The position numbers were made by a program, and so were the translations under genes. A model generated the notes under the pieces. The model was given only the letters and a program-made list of their open reading frames with translations, did not search any database and was not told where the DNA came from. A DNA stretch of 38,712 bases, taken from sequence record SRR31156797_5131, one strand, 5' to 3'. Positions 37,482 to 38,712 of the stretch are shown in pieces. Within the stretch, counting starts at the first letter, position 1; each line of letters opens with the position of its first letter.

Positions 37482-37689
37482 AAAAAGAAGGGGTAAAATG
37501 ATCAATTTTCAATTCTGAAAATGGGACCTATAGTAAGCTTAATTAGGTCTTAAAAGTACAATTAAACAAAAGAGAAAGCAGATGAATAAAGCAATTGAGT
37601 TTTTTATTTCGAATCGTGTTATGTGATGCAAAAAGTGCATTATTCTTAGGCATTTTGATGTTGATCATACTACTTAAATTTTACTAAAA

Positions 37690-38616
37690 ATGAACACATC
37701 GATTAATTTAAAATTAGATTCTTATGTGCAAACCGAAAAGGCTTTGACTGAGAATGTGAGTATTTACGAAACCAATGTAACTACCAAAGCTCAGGTAGAT
37801 CAATTTACCCAGGACTTGAATCGGCTAATTGGCTTGAGAGATGAGGTAGATCAGCCTTTAAAGTGGTTGATTGGTGAGAAAAATACATTCAAAAAAGCAC
37901 TGGGAGATAAGCTGTATCCTTTTTCCAATTCACTGGTCTGCTATGCCAACAGCGTATCCGATAGTGAGATCGTGGAGAAGGTCAGTATCTCTAAAAATGG
38001 TTTAAAGTGGTTCACCGAATTGGACCTGATTGCCTATTACAAGCAGAACATTAGCATTGCCAAAGAGCATGTGGCAAGCTTGGAGCCTTTTGGTATTACC
38101 GAAGCGAGTATTGCCGCTGTTGAGGCAGATGGGGATGCCTTTGAACAAAAACGCGCCGACCTGATTGTCCTGAAAGAGGATAAGGCGAATGCCAAAAAGG
38201 ATTTCAAGTTGTTGCAAAAGGTGATCAATAAGCTTTTAAACAACAAACTGGATTATAGTATAGAAAATCTGCGGGCTAGCAATGTCGATTTTGTGAATTA
38301 CTATTTTGCAGCCCGACAAAAAGCCAAAGGGGTACAGCGCCATTACGATGTGCTGGGCTATTTAAAGGATAAGCTAAGCGGCGAGCCAGTTGCCCTGGGC
38401 ATGGTATCGGTTGAAGGGCTGGATTTGGCAACACACATTACCGAGAATGGTACCTTTAGATTCAAACACTTTCCTGAGGGAGAGCACCGACTGATAATTG
38501 AAAATATCAATTACAAAACCCTATATGTACCAATTCGTCGCTACGCATCGGAGCGAAGCAAATTTCATTTGGAAATGGAAGCCATTCCTTTAGAAGTTGA
38601 AACGCTGGTAGAATAG
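37690..38616 (+). CDS. Hypothetical protein: helical N-terminal region plus C-terminal carboxypeptidase-regulatory-like domain
   Basis: 308 aa, no signal peptide; C-terminal G.LKD..SGEPV....V.V........T.ENG.F.F...P.G.H.L......Y. Confidence 0.8.
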   Translation: MNTSINLKLDSYVQTEKALTENVSIYETNVTTKAQVDQFTQDLNRLIGLRDEVDQPLKWLIGEKNTFKKALGDKLYPFSNSLVCYANSVSDSEIVEKVSISKNGLKWFTELDLIAYYKQNISIAKEHVASLEPFGITEASIAAVEADGDAFEQKRADLIVLKEDKANAKKDFKLLQKVINKLLNNKLDYSIENLRASNVDFVNYYFAARQKAKGVQRHYDVLGYLKDKLSGEPVALGMVSVEGLDLATHITENGTFRFKHFPEGEHRLIIENINYKTLYVPIRRYASERSKFHLEMEAIPLEVETLVE

Positions 38617-38690
38617 GGATAAAAAAAAGCCTTTGTTTGTTCCAAGCTCTTGTAAGTTGAATTGTATAGGAAAGGAACAAATAGAACTAA

Positions 38691-38712
38691 GCTGTGGTAG
38701 GAGTGCCACAGC
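38691..38712. terminator. Hairpin at the window edge, possible terminator
   Basis: GCTGTGGTA-ggag-TGCCACAGC; downstream context not visible. Confidence 0.35.

Overview
AT-rich bacterial DNA, very probably Bacteroidota (TAnnTTTG promoter boxes, AT-rich leaders without Shine-Dalgarno, BACON/DUF4139 proteins, many lipoproteins; the taxon is inferred). (1) 1-3070: a minus-strand, integron-like cassette array with an AIPR anti-phage gene and an unknown membrane-anchored gene. It has an attC-like hairpin (1887-2024), a matching core site upstream of the first gene (2920-2929) and a second kind of hairpin element at the left edge, but no integrase in view. (2) 4096-11547: an AraC-led redox/detoxification cluster (ABM-type monooxygenases, SDR, two SnoaL proteins, DoxX, Fe-S flavoprotein, peroxiredoxin-like protein, OYE). 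(3) A small PspC gene missed by the ORF track and a BACON lipoprotein. (4) 14058-17811: an alkylation-repair cluster (Ada, haloacid dehalogenase, Ogt-HhH glycosylase fusion, PEP-mutase family). (5) DUF4139 protein, hypothetical proteins, Na+/solute symporter, MtfA-like peptidase, Gpx-OhrR. (6) A MacAB-TolC-type ABC exporter with three adaptor subunits. (7) Hypothetical/peptidase genes and a 21-bp-period repeat array. No rRNA, tRNA, CRISPR array or transposase was recognised.
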